The notes: generated from the letters alone by a model not told the origin. 64,000 bases of DNA from an uncultured cyanobacterium (GCA_963744145.1 CAVUSO010000001.1:160001-224000); one strand, 5' to 3'; numbered from the stretch's first letter, positions 9,424 to 19,768 are shown. Program-made: numbers and translations.

Positions 9424-12400
9424 ATGGGTCTTGACGTTCCTTTAGCAATAGGTTCCTCACCAATGTTTTCTGAGAAAAACAGCGATTTGGATCAACATCA
9501 GTTACAAGAAATATTAATCGCAACCCAAATAGAATTAGAGCGATATTTACTTTTATATAACAACCATCCATCTATCTATTTTACCCTGGATATTTCCGGG
9601 TTAATTCTCTCAATTAATCAATTTGGCGCTAACAGTCTTTTGTACTCCCCATCAGAATTGATTGGTCAGTCAATTTTCAGTTTAGTTTATCCAGAAGACA
9701 CAGATAGACTACTAGCAGAATATCGGTTATTTTTGCAAGAGTCAACCACAGCGATAAATTGGGAATTTAGGCTAGTTTGTAAAGATGGTTATGTCCTATC
9801 AGTCCGGGCAAATTTACATTTAACCAAATTCCTGTCATCCAGATCGAAGTGTGAAAAAACGTTTATTGCTCAACCAGAAAACAGTTATAACTTAGAGCAA
9901 AAATCCCAACTATTCTCTGATAATTTATCTTCCTATACTATCCATAATAGTCTTTTAGCTAGTACCGAATTAGTGGTTCTAGTGGTTTGCGAAGATATCA
10001 CTGATTTCAAAATCGTCGGTGCTGCTTTACAAGAAAATGCCCAAAGATTTCGCGTTACTTTTGAACAAGCAGGAGTAGGGATTGCTCATGTAGCTTTAGA
10101 TGGAAAATGGTTACGAGTCAATCAAAAATTGTGCGAAATATTAGGATATACTCGTCGGGAAATATTGCAACTAGATTTTCAAAACATTATCTATCCAGAA
10201 GAGCGCGAGCTTGAACTAAAATTTTTAGCCCCGATCATTACTGGTAAGCTCCAAACATTTTCATGTCAGAAACAGTATATCCGTCAAAGTGGTGACCAAG
10301 TATGGATTAATATTACCATCTCCCTAGTCCGGGATTTACAAGGAATCCCCCAGTATTTTATTAGTGTAATTGAAGACATTACTGATCCTAAGAAAATCGA
10401 AGCAGAATTACAAGAAAATGTCAAAGCATGGCAAACTTTTCTAGAAACTGTAGGAGAAGGAGTTACCCTTAGTAATTCCGTCGGACAATTTGAAGTTTTT
10501 AACTCAAAAATGGAAGAAATTACTGGTTATTCTAAAGAAGAAGCCAATAGTTCTAGGGATTTTTTATCACTTTTATATCCCCATCCTGAAGCACATCAAA
10601 AAGCACTAGCGGGTGTTCAAGAAATTAGTCAAACAGGAGGAGTTCGCGATGTGGAAACTACGATTCGGGCTAAAGATGGTACTAAAAAAACCTTGTTAGT
10701 GTCTACATCAATTGTCTCTTATAAAAATCGCAATTTATTTTTAAGTGCTTATCGAGATATTACTGAACGTAAGCAAGCAGAACAAGCACTTTATCTGGCT
10801 GAAGCTAAATATCGTAGTATTTTTGAAAATGCGATCGAAGGAATTTTTCAGACAACTATAGATGGATGCTATCTCAGTGCTAATCCTGCATTAGCCAGAA
10901 TATATGGTTATAGTTCTCCAGCAGAATTGCTGGTAGAAATTAAAGACATTGGGCAGCAAATATATGTGATACCTGAACGCAGAAAAGAATTAATTAGATT
11001 ACTAGAAAAAGAGCATAAAATTGCCGAATTTGAGTTTCAAGCTTATCGAAAAGATCGCCGAATAATTTGGATTTCTAAAAATGCTCGGGCTATCCGTAAT
11101 AGTAGGGGTGATCTGATCTATTATGAAGGCACAGTTGAGGATATTACCCACCGTAAACAAGCACAGGAAGCCTTTCGACAGCAAGCGGAACGAGAACGTT
11201 TAATTAGCATGATTCAAGTGCGAATTCGTCAATCTCTTAACCTCCAGGAAATTATTAGTATTACGGTCAAAGAAGTTCGGCAATTTCTGCAAACAGATCG
11301 GGTGTTAATTTATGGCTTTCAAGTCGATGGTAAGGGTAGTGTAATTGTTGAGTCTCGTCAAAATAATTGTCCAGAAATTCAGGGAACACTGATTTATGAT
11401 CCTTGTTTTTCAGAAAAATATACCACGCTGTATCAAGAAGGAAGAGTTTTTGCAACTGAAGATATTCATAATTCTGGCTTAAATCCCTGTCATATTGAGT
11501 TACTGTCTCAGTTTCAGGTAAAAGCAAGTTTAGTAGTACCAATTTTGACTAATAAGACTGAGGAAAAAAACTGGTGGAGCGATAAAAGAAAAAAAATTGA
11601 TGCTCCCAACTACTCAGAAATACTTGCTCCCCGTTTGTGGGGATTATTGATTGCTCATCACTGTGTCAGTACACGTTACTGGCAACCCTATGAAATTGAT
11701 TTGCTGAAGCAATTAGCTACTCAGGTTGGTGTGGCTATTTACCAATCAGAACTTTATGACAAATTGCACAGTGCTAATGCGGCTTTAGATCGACAAGTGC
11801 AAGAACGCACGATGCAATTGCAACAGGCTCTTGATTTTGAAGCAATGTTGAAACGGATTACAGATAAAGTCCGTGATAGTTTAGATGAAAGCCAAATTTT
11901 ACAAACAGCCGTGAAAGAATTGGCTTGTGTGTTAGGAGTTAATTGTTGCGATACGGCTTTATATAATGCAGATCAAACTACTGCAACTATTTCTTATGAA
12001 TGTACAACTGGTAAGCCTAGGTTTAAGGGAAAAGTAGTCCAAATGACAGATTTCTATCAAGTTTATGAGCAGTTGCGACAAGGATGGTATTTCCAATTCT
12101 GTGAAATTAGTGGTAGAATCGCTCAGGGAACGATTTTGGCTTGTCCGATTTTAGATAATCAAGGTGTATTGGGAGATTTGTGGTTGTTCAGTCATCCTGA
12201 TTATACTTTTAAGGAACTAGAAATTCGGTTAGTCCAGCAGGTAGCTAATCAGTGCGCGATCGCGATTCGTCAAGCTTGGTTATTTCAAGCTGCTCAAACT
12301 CAAGTTCAGGAATTAGAAAAAATTAACCGACTCAAAGATGAATTTCTCAGCACGGTCTCCCATGAATTGCGGACACCTTTATCGAATATGAGAATGGCTA

Positions 12401-13074
12401 TTCAAATGCTAGCGATCGCTCTCAATCAACAGCAGGAATTTTTTGGAGAATTAGCGAAACCAAAACTAGAACGGAGTAAGGTCGCTCTTTATTTTCAGAT
12501 TTTACAAGAAGAATGTGAACGAGAAATTAGCTTGATTGGGGATTTACTAGATTTACAAAAACTTGATGCTACGGCTGAACCTTTGAGTTTGGAAACTATA
12601 TCTTTACCAGAATTTCTCTCGAAAATTGTGGCAGCTTTTCAAGACCGAGCTAGTCAACACAAACAACTTTTGACTATGGACATTAGTGAGGATCTACCAC
12701 CTTTATTGTCTAATTCCTCTAGTTTGGGAAGAATTGTAAGTGAGTTGCTGAATAATGCTTGTAAGTATACTCCCGCTCGGGAAAAAATTACTCTTAGCGT
12801 TAATTATCAAGCCGCAGAGATAATTTTAACTGTCACTAATTCAGGAGTGGAGATTCCCCCTGACCAGATCCCCCGGATCTTTGATAAGTTTTATCGGATT
12901 CCCCGTACTGACCCCTGGGAACAAGGAGGAACGGGACTAGGATTAACTTTGGTGCAGAAATTGGTTACTTATCTAGGGGGTGCGATCGCTGTTTCTAGTT
13001 CTCAAGGGATCACCTCTTTTCAAGTTACTTTACCTTTAACTATCGCTAGTCCCACTTTTAAGCTGGGTGATTAA
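9424..13074 (+). CDS. Multi-PAS, cyanobacteriochrome GAF, GAF histidine kinase
   Basis: About 4 PAS/PAC repeats (EDIT..K), GAF with DPCF and CH motifs, second [12 protein letters not shown]-box, ELLNNACKY N-box, GGTGLGL G2 box. Confidence 0.9.
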   Translation: MGLDVPLAIGSSPMFSEKNSDLDQHQLQEILIATQIELERYLLLYNNHPSIYFTLDISGLILSINQFGANSLLYSPSELIGQSIFSLVYPEDTDRLLAEYRLFLQESTTAINWEFRLVCKDGYVLSVRANLHLTKFLSSRSKCEKTFIAQPENSYNLEQKSQLFSDNLSSYTIHNSLLASTELVVLVVCEDITDFKIVGAALQENAQRFRVTFEQAGVGIAHVALDGKWLRVNQKLCEILGYTRREILQLDFQNIIYPEERELELKFLAPIITGKLQTFSCQKQYIRQSGDQVWINITISLVRDLQGIPQYFISVIEDITDPKKIEAELQENVKAWQTFLETVGEGVTLSNSVGQFEVFNSKMEEITGYSKEEANSSRDFLSLLYPHPEAHQKALAGVQEISQTGGVRDVETTIRAKDGTKKTLLVSTSIVSYKNRNLFLSAYRDITERKQAEQALYLAEAKYRSIFENAIEGIFQTTIDGCYLSANPALARIYGYSSPAELLVEIKDIGQQIYVIPERRKELIRLLEKEHKIAEFEFQAYRKDRRIIWISKNARAIRNSRGDLIYYEGTVEDITHRKQAQEAFRQQAERERLISMIQVRIRQSLNLQEIISITVKEVRQFLQTDRVLIYGFQVDGKGSVIVESRQNNCPEIQGTLIYDPCFSEKYTTLYQEGRVFATEDIHNSGLNPCHIELLSQFQVKASLVVPILTNKTEEKNWWSDKRKKIDAPNYSEILAPRLWGLLIAHHCVSTRYWQPYEIDLLKQLATQVGVAIYQSELYDKLHSANAALDRQVQERTMQLQQALDFEAMLKRITDKVRDSLDESQILQTAVKELACVLGVNCCDTALYNADQTTATISYECTTGKPRFKGKVVQMTDFYQVYEQLRQGWYFQFCEISGRIAQGTILACPILDNQGVLGDLWLFSHPDYTFKELEIRLVQQVANQCAIAIRQAWLFQAAQTQVQELEKINRLKDEFLSTVSHELRTPLSNMRMAIQMLAIALNQQQEFFGELAKPKLERSKVALYFQILQEECEREISLIGDLLDLQKLDATAEPLSLETISLPEFLSKIVAAFQDRASQHKQLLTMDISEDLPPLLSNSSSLGRIVSELLNNACKYTPAREKITLSVNYQAAEIILTVTNSGVEIPPDQIPRIFDKFYRIPRTDPWEQGGTGLGLTLVQKLVTYLGGAIAVSSSQGITSFQVTLPLTIASPTFKLGD

Positions 13075-13339
13075 AATATTTTGGGTTCCTCAGTCCACAA
13101 ATTTTAATTTTTTGGTGGCGATCGCGAAAAAATTGTATTAATAAAAACAAAATTTCCTCAGCTATTAACCATCATCTGTACGACATGGTTAATTTTAATT
13201 TTTATTTAACAAAGTTTTTTGGTAATAAAAGGAATTAAATCGATATGATTTAAGCAAATCAACCAAAAATTTTCTGAGTTAATCAGGAGAAAATTTTGTT
13301 GGATACCTGAGATCACCATATTACCTGAGGATTGCTCTT

Positions 13340-14056
13340 ATGTTTGCTTTAAATCAATCCTACTTTGACTTATCGATTTTACCATCATCGAGGAGTGCAA
13401 ATACTGAGAGCCTTTGTTTAGAATCAACTTTAGCAGCACTTAAATTATATGATTTTCAGATTGAATCATCTGAACTAGGGATAGAAGTAGCGAAAGCTTT
13501 TGAAAGAGATGCTCTCCTCCCAGGGGTAATTTTAACCAAAAATAGTCAATTTATTGGGATGATTTCCCGACGCAGGTTTTTAGAATATTTGCTACGTCCC
13601 TACGGAATGGAATTATTCTTAAAGCGACCGATTAAAACTTTACATCGTCTAGCTCAGATCGAAAATTTAATTTTACCCGTCCATACTTTAATTGTTTTAG
13701 CTGCTAAACAATCTTTGCTGAGACAACCAGCTTTAAGTGATGAACCACTTGTCATAGAAATCGAGCCATCCGTATATAGATTATTAGATGCACATCAATT
13801 ATTAGTAGCTAGCACCCAAATTCACCATTTGACCAGACAGCTCTTGGATGAGTTAGAAAAGTTAAATCGTCTGAAAGATGACTTTCTCAGTGCTGTATCT
13901 CACGAATTGCGGACACCTTTGGGACAACAAGAAGGAACGGGATTAGGATTAACACTGGTCCAGCAATTGGTAACTGATTTAGGAGCTGTCATCACTGTTC
14001 AAAGTAGTGATAACCAAACCTGCTTTACGCTCACATTTCCTTTAACCAGTAACTAA
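13340..14056 (+). CDS. CBS-like domain protein with internally deleted histidine-kinase tail (possible pseudogene)
   Basis: Shared N-terminal domain, then SHELRTPL joined directly to GQQEGTGLGL; N and G1 boxes missing. Confidence 0.75.
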   Translation: MFALNQSYFDLSILPSSRSANTESLCLESTLAALKLYDFQIESSELGIEVAKAFERDALLPGVILTKNSQFIGMISRRRFLEYLLRPYGMELFLKRPIKTLHRLAQIENLILPVHTLIVLAAKQSLLRQPALSDEPLVIEIEPSVYRLLDAHQLLVASTQIHHLTRQLLDELEKLNRLKDDFLSAVSHELRTPLGQQEGTGLGLTLVQQLVTDLGAVITVQSSDNQTCFTLTFPLTSN

Positions 14057-14462
14057 AGTTTCCTGATTCTCTTTTAAACGAGAAACTGACGATTGCCAAA
14101 CTTGCTGCTGGTCGGTTGCTTTTCTGACAACTGACCACAGGGTGGTGATTACACTCAATGATTTTTAGCTACTTTTGAGTGCTATTGCTAGCTGATGAAA
14201 TTAATAGGATTTCTGGATAATATATTAGTTGAGATATTACTTTTCTAAACTTAATAAAAAAAAACAGTATTGATAGTATTAGCTAAAGACTATCAATTAA
14301 TTAATCATAGGTTAATCCTTAGTTAATAAAAAATTAATCAAAGGTAAAATGCGAATAGATATCATGATCTATGCCTTTGGTTTGTTTGGATGTATAATAG
14401 GTGGATAGATATGATGATTATTTCCCTATTGTGCTTTACCAAAATAACCTGGGGTTCTGTTT

Positions 14463-15836
14463 ATGTTTGCTTTATGTGAAAATTATGCGGATTTATCAAT
14501 TATACCAGTTCGGGAGGATCATGTGCAAAACCTCTGTTTAGAATCAACATTAATCGAATTGACTCTTTATGAATTCCAACTTGAATCCTCTGTTTTAGCG
14601 GTAGAAGCAGCAAAAGCTTTTGAAGTCAATCCGATGTTACCAGGAGTTATTCTCACAGAGCAAGAGGAGTTTCTTGGGGCAATTTCACGGCGCAGATTTT
14701 TGGAATATTTAAGCCGTCCATACGGATTAGAATTATTTTTAAAGCGCCCGATTAGTTCTTTATATCGCTTTGCTCGAAGAGAAACTTTAATTTTACCAGC
14801 TCATACTTTGATTGTTTTAGCAGCTCGTCAATCTTTAAATCGAGAGCCAGCTTTGCTCAATGAACCAGTAATTGTCGAAGTGGAAGAAAAAATATACAAA
14901 TTATTAGATGTACATCAACTCTTAGTTGCAGGTGCTCAAATTCAACACTTAACATCACAGTTACTCAAGAAACAAACTCAAGCTCAAATGATGCAAACGG
15001 AAAAGATGGCTAGTTTGGGAAAAATGGTAGCTGGAGTCGCTCACGAAATTAGAAATCCAGTCAATAGTCTGGGGGGAAATATCGGATTTTTATCTAATTA
15101 TTTTGAAGATATTATGCAGTTATTATCTGTTTATGAAACAGAATCTGTAGAGAATTCACCCCGGATTGTTGAGGTGAAAGAGGAAATTGAATTTGATTTT
15201 TTAAAGCGAGATTTAAAACAAGTTATTCAGACGATGCGGATTGCTGCTGATCGTTTGATTAAAATTGTGGCTGGGTTACGAAATTTTTCCCACATGGATG
15301 AGACTAATCGACGACCAGCAGATATTCACGAATGTATTGACAGCACGTTATTAATTTTACATAATTCTCTGAAAGATAAAATAGAAGTAATTAAAGACTA
15401 TACTGAGTTACCGCCAGTGAGTTGTTATTCTGGACAGTTAAGTCAAGTATTTATGAATTTAATTAGTAATTCTATTGATGCTCTCATGGATGCGATCGAA
15501 GCCCAGAAAAATACTACCACAGGGAAAAATTGGCAAGCAAAAATCGAAATTACCACCAAAGTGATCGAAAGCGAAGAGCAGAAATGGGCATCGATTAAAA
15601 TTGCTGATAATGGTCCAGGAATTCCCTCCGAAATTCAAGGAAAAATTTTTGAAATGTTCTTTACTACTAAAGGAGTGGGCAAAGGAACTGGGATCGGATT
15701 GGCCATTAGTTATCAAATTATCACTGAAAAGCATGGTGGAAAGCTAAATTTGCGATCGCCCTGTGTAGATTCAACCTCTACCGATCTAGACAAAGGCACC
15801 GAATTTGAAATACTCTTACCATTAGATCCTGGTTAA
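14463..15836 (+). CDS. NtrB-type histidine kinase with CBS-like N-terminal domain
   Basis: EKMASLG..AHEIRNP, QVFMNLISNSIDA, DNGPG and FFTTKGVGKGTGIGL motifs. Confidence 0.9.
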   Translation: MFALCENYADLSIIPVREDHVQNLCLESTLIELTLYEFQLESSVLAVEAAKAFEVNPMLPGVILTEQEEFLGAISRRRFLEYLSRPYGLELFLKRPISSLYRFARRETLILPAHTLIVLAARQSLNREPALLNEPVIVEVEEKIYKLLDVHQLLVAGAQIQHLTSQLLKKQTQAQMMQTEKMASLGKMVAGVAHEIRNPVNSLGGNIGFLSNYFEDIMQLLSVYETESVENSPRIVEVKEEIEFDFLKRDLKQVIQTMRIAADRLIKIVAGLRNFSHMDETNRRPADIHECIDSTLLILHNSLKDKIEVIKDYTELPPVSCYSGQLSQVFMNLISNSIDALMDAIEAQKNTTTGKNWQAKIEITTKVIESEEQKWASIKIADNGPGIPSEIQGKIFEMFFTTKGVGKGTGIGLAISYQIITEKHGGKLNLRSPCVDSTSTDLDKGTEFEILLPLDPG

Positions 15837-15838
15837 GT

Positions 15839-17245
15839 ATGTATTTGAGGTATTCTGTGCTACAAAACAGATTTATTTCTGAATTACCTCCCCCATCTCT
15901 GTCTCAATCCACCAATGGTGATATTTGTCTCGAGTCAACCTTACAAGAGTTACCTCTATACGATTTTGCGGTTGAACCTAGTGTAATTGGTCTGAATATT
16001 GCCCAAATATTTGAAAAATATCCTCTGGTTCCAGGTGTAATTATCATCGAAACGGGAAAATTTATTGGTGTAATTTCCCGACGCAGTTTATTAGAATACT
16101 TGATTCGTCCCCATGGATTAGAAATATTTTTAAATGAACCAATCTCGGTACTCTATAGTTATGCTCGGACGGAAATGCTGGTACTTCCAGCAACTACCTT
16201 AATTACTACAGCCGCACAGCAAGCACTGAGACGATCACCGGAACTGTTAGGAGAACCAATTGTAGTACAACTAGAAGGACAGATCTATCGATTGCTCGAT
16301 ATGCACCAATTAAATATTGCCTATTGGCAAATTCGCGGGATTGAAACTCAAGTTCGTTATGAACGGACTCAAGCTCAAATGATTCAAAGTGAGAAAATGG
16401 CTAGTTTGGGTCGTTTAGTTGATGGAGTCGCTCACGAAATTCTCGATCCAGTCGGATTTATTTGGGGAAATTTAATTTATGTAGAAAATTATAGCCATGA
16501 ATTAACTCAGCTCCTCAGTGTTTATCAACAATATTTACCTCAACCTCCCAGAGAAATTGCCCAAATTATGGAGGAAATAGAGTTAGATTTTGTTCAGCAA
16601 GATTTACCAAGAGCGATCGCGAGTATTCGAGCGGGAGCTGACCGATTAAAAAAGTTAGTTACTAGTCTCCAAAATTTCTGCCATATTGATGCAGTTTACC
16701 CCAAACCAGCCGATTTACACGCCTTAATTGATAGTATTTTATTACTACTGAAAAGTCGGATCTCTGGGGAAATAGAAATTATTAAAAATTATGGCAATTT
16801 ACCACCTGTACCCTGCTATGCAGGTCAGCTTAACCAAGTTTTTATGAATATTATTACTAATGCGGTTGATGCTTTAATTAATGAAGCGGTAACGCAAGAA
16901 TTTAGAAAAGAATTTAGCCGGAATGAGAATAGAGAAAGCGATCGTTCACAGTCTCGCAAATTACAAATAGAAATTACCACCCAAGTTTTGCCTCAAGAAG
17001 CTGCTAATTTAGGTCTAGGTAACTCCCGTTGGGTTTCCATTCAGATTGCTGATAATGGTCCGGGAATGTCAGAAGCTAAACAACAGCAACTTTCAGAAGC
17101 TTTTTCCATTGAAAAACGTGCTTTTAAAGAAACCAGTTTAGGAGTTAGTTATTGGATTGTCACAGCTCGACATGAAGGAAGTTTTAAATGGCGATCGCAA
17201 CCAGGAGTGGGAACACAATTTGAAATTTTACTACCTTTAGTTTAG
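15839..17245 (+). CDS. Atypical histidine kinase with CBS-like N-terminal domain
   Basis: AHEILDPV H-box, N box and DNGPG present; F/G2 box replaced by FSIEKRAFKETSLGVS. Confidence 0.85.
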   Translation: MYLRYSVLQNRFISELPPPSLSQSTNGDICLESTLQELPLYDFAVEPSVIGLNIAQIFEKYPLVPGVIIIETGKFIGVISRRSLLEYLIRPHGLEIFLNEPISVLYSYARTEMLVLPATTLITTAAQQALRRSPELLGEPIVVQLEGQIYRLLDMHQLNIAYWQIRGIETQVRYERTQAQMIQSEKMASLGRLVDGVAHEILDPVGFIWGNLIYVENYSHELTQLLSVYQQYLPQPPREIAQIMEEIELDFVQQDLPRAIASIRAGADRLKKLVTSLQNFCHIDAVYPKPADLHALIDSILLLLKSRISGEIEIIKNYGNLPPVPCYAGQLNQVFMNIITNAVDALINEAVTQEFRKEFSRNENRESDRSQSRKLQIEITTQVLPQEAANLGLGNSRWVSIQIADNGPGMSEAKQQQLSEAFSIEKRAFKETSLGVSYWIVTARHEGSFKWRSQPGVGTQFEILLPLV

Positions 17246-17529
17246 CTAATTCTCCTAAGATCCACCGCTACTTTGTTTTGGATGAACAACTGTCGGGTAT
17301 TTCGCTGTACGGGCGTATTGCAATACGCCCCTTCGTTGTTACTCCTATTCTCACACAACTATTTCGATAATTAAGGTAATTATCGAAATCATCAGAAAAT
17401 ATTTTCAGGTGGTTAAAACCACTTGGGTCGTTTCCCTCTCAGGTTCTAAGTGAGCGTAGTCGAACGGTCTAAAGAACCCTAGCTTCGACTTACTAGGTTT
17501 TTTTATGATTATTGATCGATTGACTGAGA

Positions 17530-18114
17530 CTAACCTAGCGCTAATAAACCAGGTGGAGGATTGATTTCCAACCGTCGATTTGGTAAATCTACAATTGGTA
17601 CTATTTCCTTGACAAAAGGGATTAAAAGATCGCTGGTTTTTTTCTTTGATTTCTTGCTATTCTCTTCAGTTGCTTCTGGTGCATTGATTTTTTTGACAAC
17701 TAGCAAATCATTACCAGCAGAAATAATTTCGGTAACTATCCCCAAATCAGCTCCACTTAGCTGATCAAAAACTGCTAAACCAATTAAATCTTCAAGATGA
17801 AATTCATCTTCCTCTAATCCAATCCGAGCAGTTTTAGGAACCAATAGGATACTGTTGCGTAATGCTTCTGCTTGTTCTCTGATCTCTATCCCAGCTAGTT
17901 CAACCACATAAATCCCCTTTCCTTGAATATAACGACCATCAAGCAACTCAATCGGTTCGGGTTGAGTTTCTCCTGGTCGTAATAACCAACGTTGACCTGG
18001 TTCGATAAATCGTTCGGGAAAATCCGAACTAGGATAAACACGTACTAACCCGTCTAACCCTTGAGGTGCAACAATTGTACCTATTTCCAGCCATTTGTCA
18101 TCATCAAGAGTCAT
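17530..18114 (-). CDS. rimM: Ribosome maturation factor RimM
   Basis: [27 protein letters not shown] and [11 protein letters not shown] motifs. Confidence 0.95.
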   Translation of the reverse strand: MTLDDDKWLEIGTIVAPQGLDGLVRVYPSSDFPERFIEPGQRWLLRPGETQPEPIELLDGRYIQGKGIYVVELAGIEIREQAEALRNSILLVPKTARIGLEEDEFHLEDLIGLAVFDQLSGADLGIVTEIISAGNDLLVVKKINAPEATEENSKKSKKKTSDLLIPFVKEIVPIVDLPNRRLEINPPPGLLALG

Positions 18115-18123
18115 AACTAACCA

Positions 18124-19413
18124 TTATTTCTTTAATTGATACACTTGTTCGGCAACTTTGGCTAAACGCTGTGTCCCGATCGCGATTTCTTCATCACTAG
18201 CAGTTAAACTAATTCTCAGACATTGCTGTGCGTGTTCCCATTCATCTGGTAATCCGGGAAAGAACGAACTACCAGGAACCACAATCACCCCAATTTCTTT
18301 GAGTTGCTGATAAAACTCCCGGTCAGTAATCGGTAAATCTTTTAACCATAACCAAGCAAAAATTGCTCCTTCAGCCCGATGGAGGAACCAAGGCAAATTT
18401 TTGGGCATACATTGATCAAGTGTGCTTTCCAGTACAGCAAATTTCTTTTGGTAAAAAGGACGAATCACATCCAGGGAAATTTGTCCTAGCTGACCCGAAC
18501 TAATTGCTTGAGCTGTGATCGCTTGTCCGTAACGCGAGGAGTGAATACACATATTCGTCTGGAAAGCTTCTAGCACTTGGATTACATTCGGATCACCGAT
18601 CGCAATTCCAATTCGTTCTCCTGGTAAACCAGCCTTAGATAAACTCATGCAATGAACTATATTACCACCAAAAATTGGCGTCATCTCGGTAAAATTCAGG
18701 GCAGGAAAAGGAGGTGCATAAGCTGAATCAATTAATACCGGAATATCATAAGGCTCGGCTAAATGGGCAATTTTTTTCACCTCATCATCAGTTAAAACAT
18801 TACCAGTCGGGTTACAGGGACGGGAGAAAATGATCACCCCTACATCTGAGGTAATTGACAACTGACTAAAATCTGGATGATATTTAAACCGATGATTAGC
18901 TGGATCTACATCTATGTCTGGTTTATAGGAAATTAAAGCGGGTGGACACAAACTAACATTTTTATAGCCAGTATAGTCCGGAGAAAGGGGCAAAACTATT
19001 TGTTTTAATTGTCCTGAAGTGGTATAACCACCAAACACATTAGCTGCATAAAAATAGATAATTTGACTACCGGGAGTAATCAGAATATGGCGATCGGTTA
19101 AATCTAGACCATAACGTTGGTTAAAATCCTCTACCAACGCATCGATCAAAGGTTGATAACCTTGGGAAGACCCGTAACGACAAACTACCTCACCATATTC
19201 AGAACTAGCCAGTAATTTTTCTGTACAATCGCGCCATAGCTGTTCAACTTCTGGCAAAATTAGTGGATTACCAGCACTCAGATTTATAAAATTACGTCCC
19301 CAACCAGCTTTTAACGTTTCCCGAATATCTTTCATGATTGCCCGCACCCCGGTCAGGTGGGACATTTGTGAGCCAAATTGAGTAAGGGCAGGGTTCATAG
19401 GCTTAGTGAGCAA
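18124..19413 (-). CDS. avtA: Valine--pyruvate transaminase
   Basis: LSAGNP, SRPCNPTGN, IDSAY and SLSKAGLPGERIG (PLP lysine) motifs typical of AvtA. Confidence 0.85.
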   Translation of the reverse strand: MLTKPMNPALTQFGSQMSHLTGVRAIMKDIRETLKAGWGRNFINLSAGNPLILPEVEQLWRDCTEKLLASSEYGEVVCRYGSSQGYQPLIDALVEDFNQRYGLDLTDRHILITPGSQIIYFYAANVFGGYTTSGQLKQIVLPLSPDYTGYKNVSLCPPALISYKPDIDVDPANHRFKYHPDFSQLSITSDVGVIIFSRPCNPTGNVLTDDEVKKIAHLAEPYDIPVLIDSAYAPPFPALNFTEMTPIFGGNIVHCMSLSKAGLPGERIGIAIGDPNVIQVLEAFQTNMCIHSSRYGQAITAQAISSGQLGQISLDVIRPFYQKKFAVLESTLDQCMPKNLPWFLHRAEGAIFAWLWLKDLPITDREFYQQLKEIGVIVVPGSSFFPGLPDEWEHAQQCLRISLTASDEEIAIGTQRLAKVAEQVYQLKK

Positions 19414-19514
19414 ATCTGATTAGAATTATACTTAATCTCAATCTAACCTGATAATAACATTGAAAAACACCTGACCTAAATTTTTCTGGTAAACTCGAAT
19501 CAGTACCGGGATTA

Positions 19515-19544
19515 TTGACAATTGGATAACTTTAGTGGTATTTT
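19515..19544 (+). promoter_or_regulatory. Sigma70-like promoter, copy 1 of 3
   Basis: TTGACA-18 nt-TATTTT with an extended TG; homologous to 20807 and 22903. Confidence 0.45.
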
Positions 19545-19648
19545 GGGGATGGGAGTCTGAGTAATTAAGATTAATACCTATCTTACCATTGCCACCTTTG
19601 CCCATAAGATCCTCCTTCAGGGTCAGCCGAGGGGGCTAATTTGGTCGA

Positions 19649-19768
19649 GTACATCGAGATGCTCATCCCGGTAATATTATCATTCCAGATCAAAAGCGAG
19701 CAGTTTTAATTGATTTTGGCATTGCGGGGGAGATTATTACCACAGTAATGAGTTCTATGCACCCAGCC
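19649..19768 (+). pseudogene. Ser/Thr protein kinase fragment (catalytic loop to activation segment)
   Basis: Manual translation VHRDAHPGNIIIPDQKRAVLIDFGIAGEIITTVMSSMHPA; no start codon or flanking kinase sequence. Confidence 0.75.
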
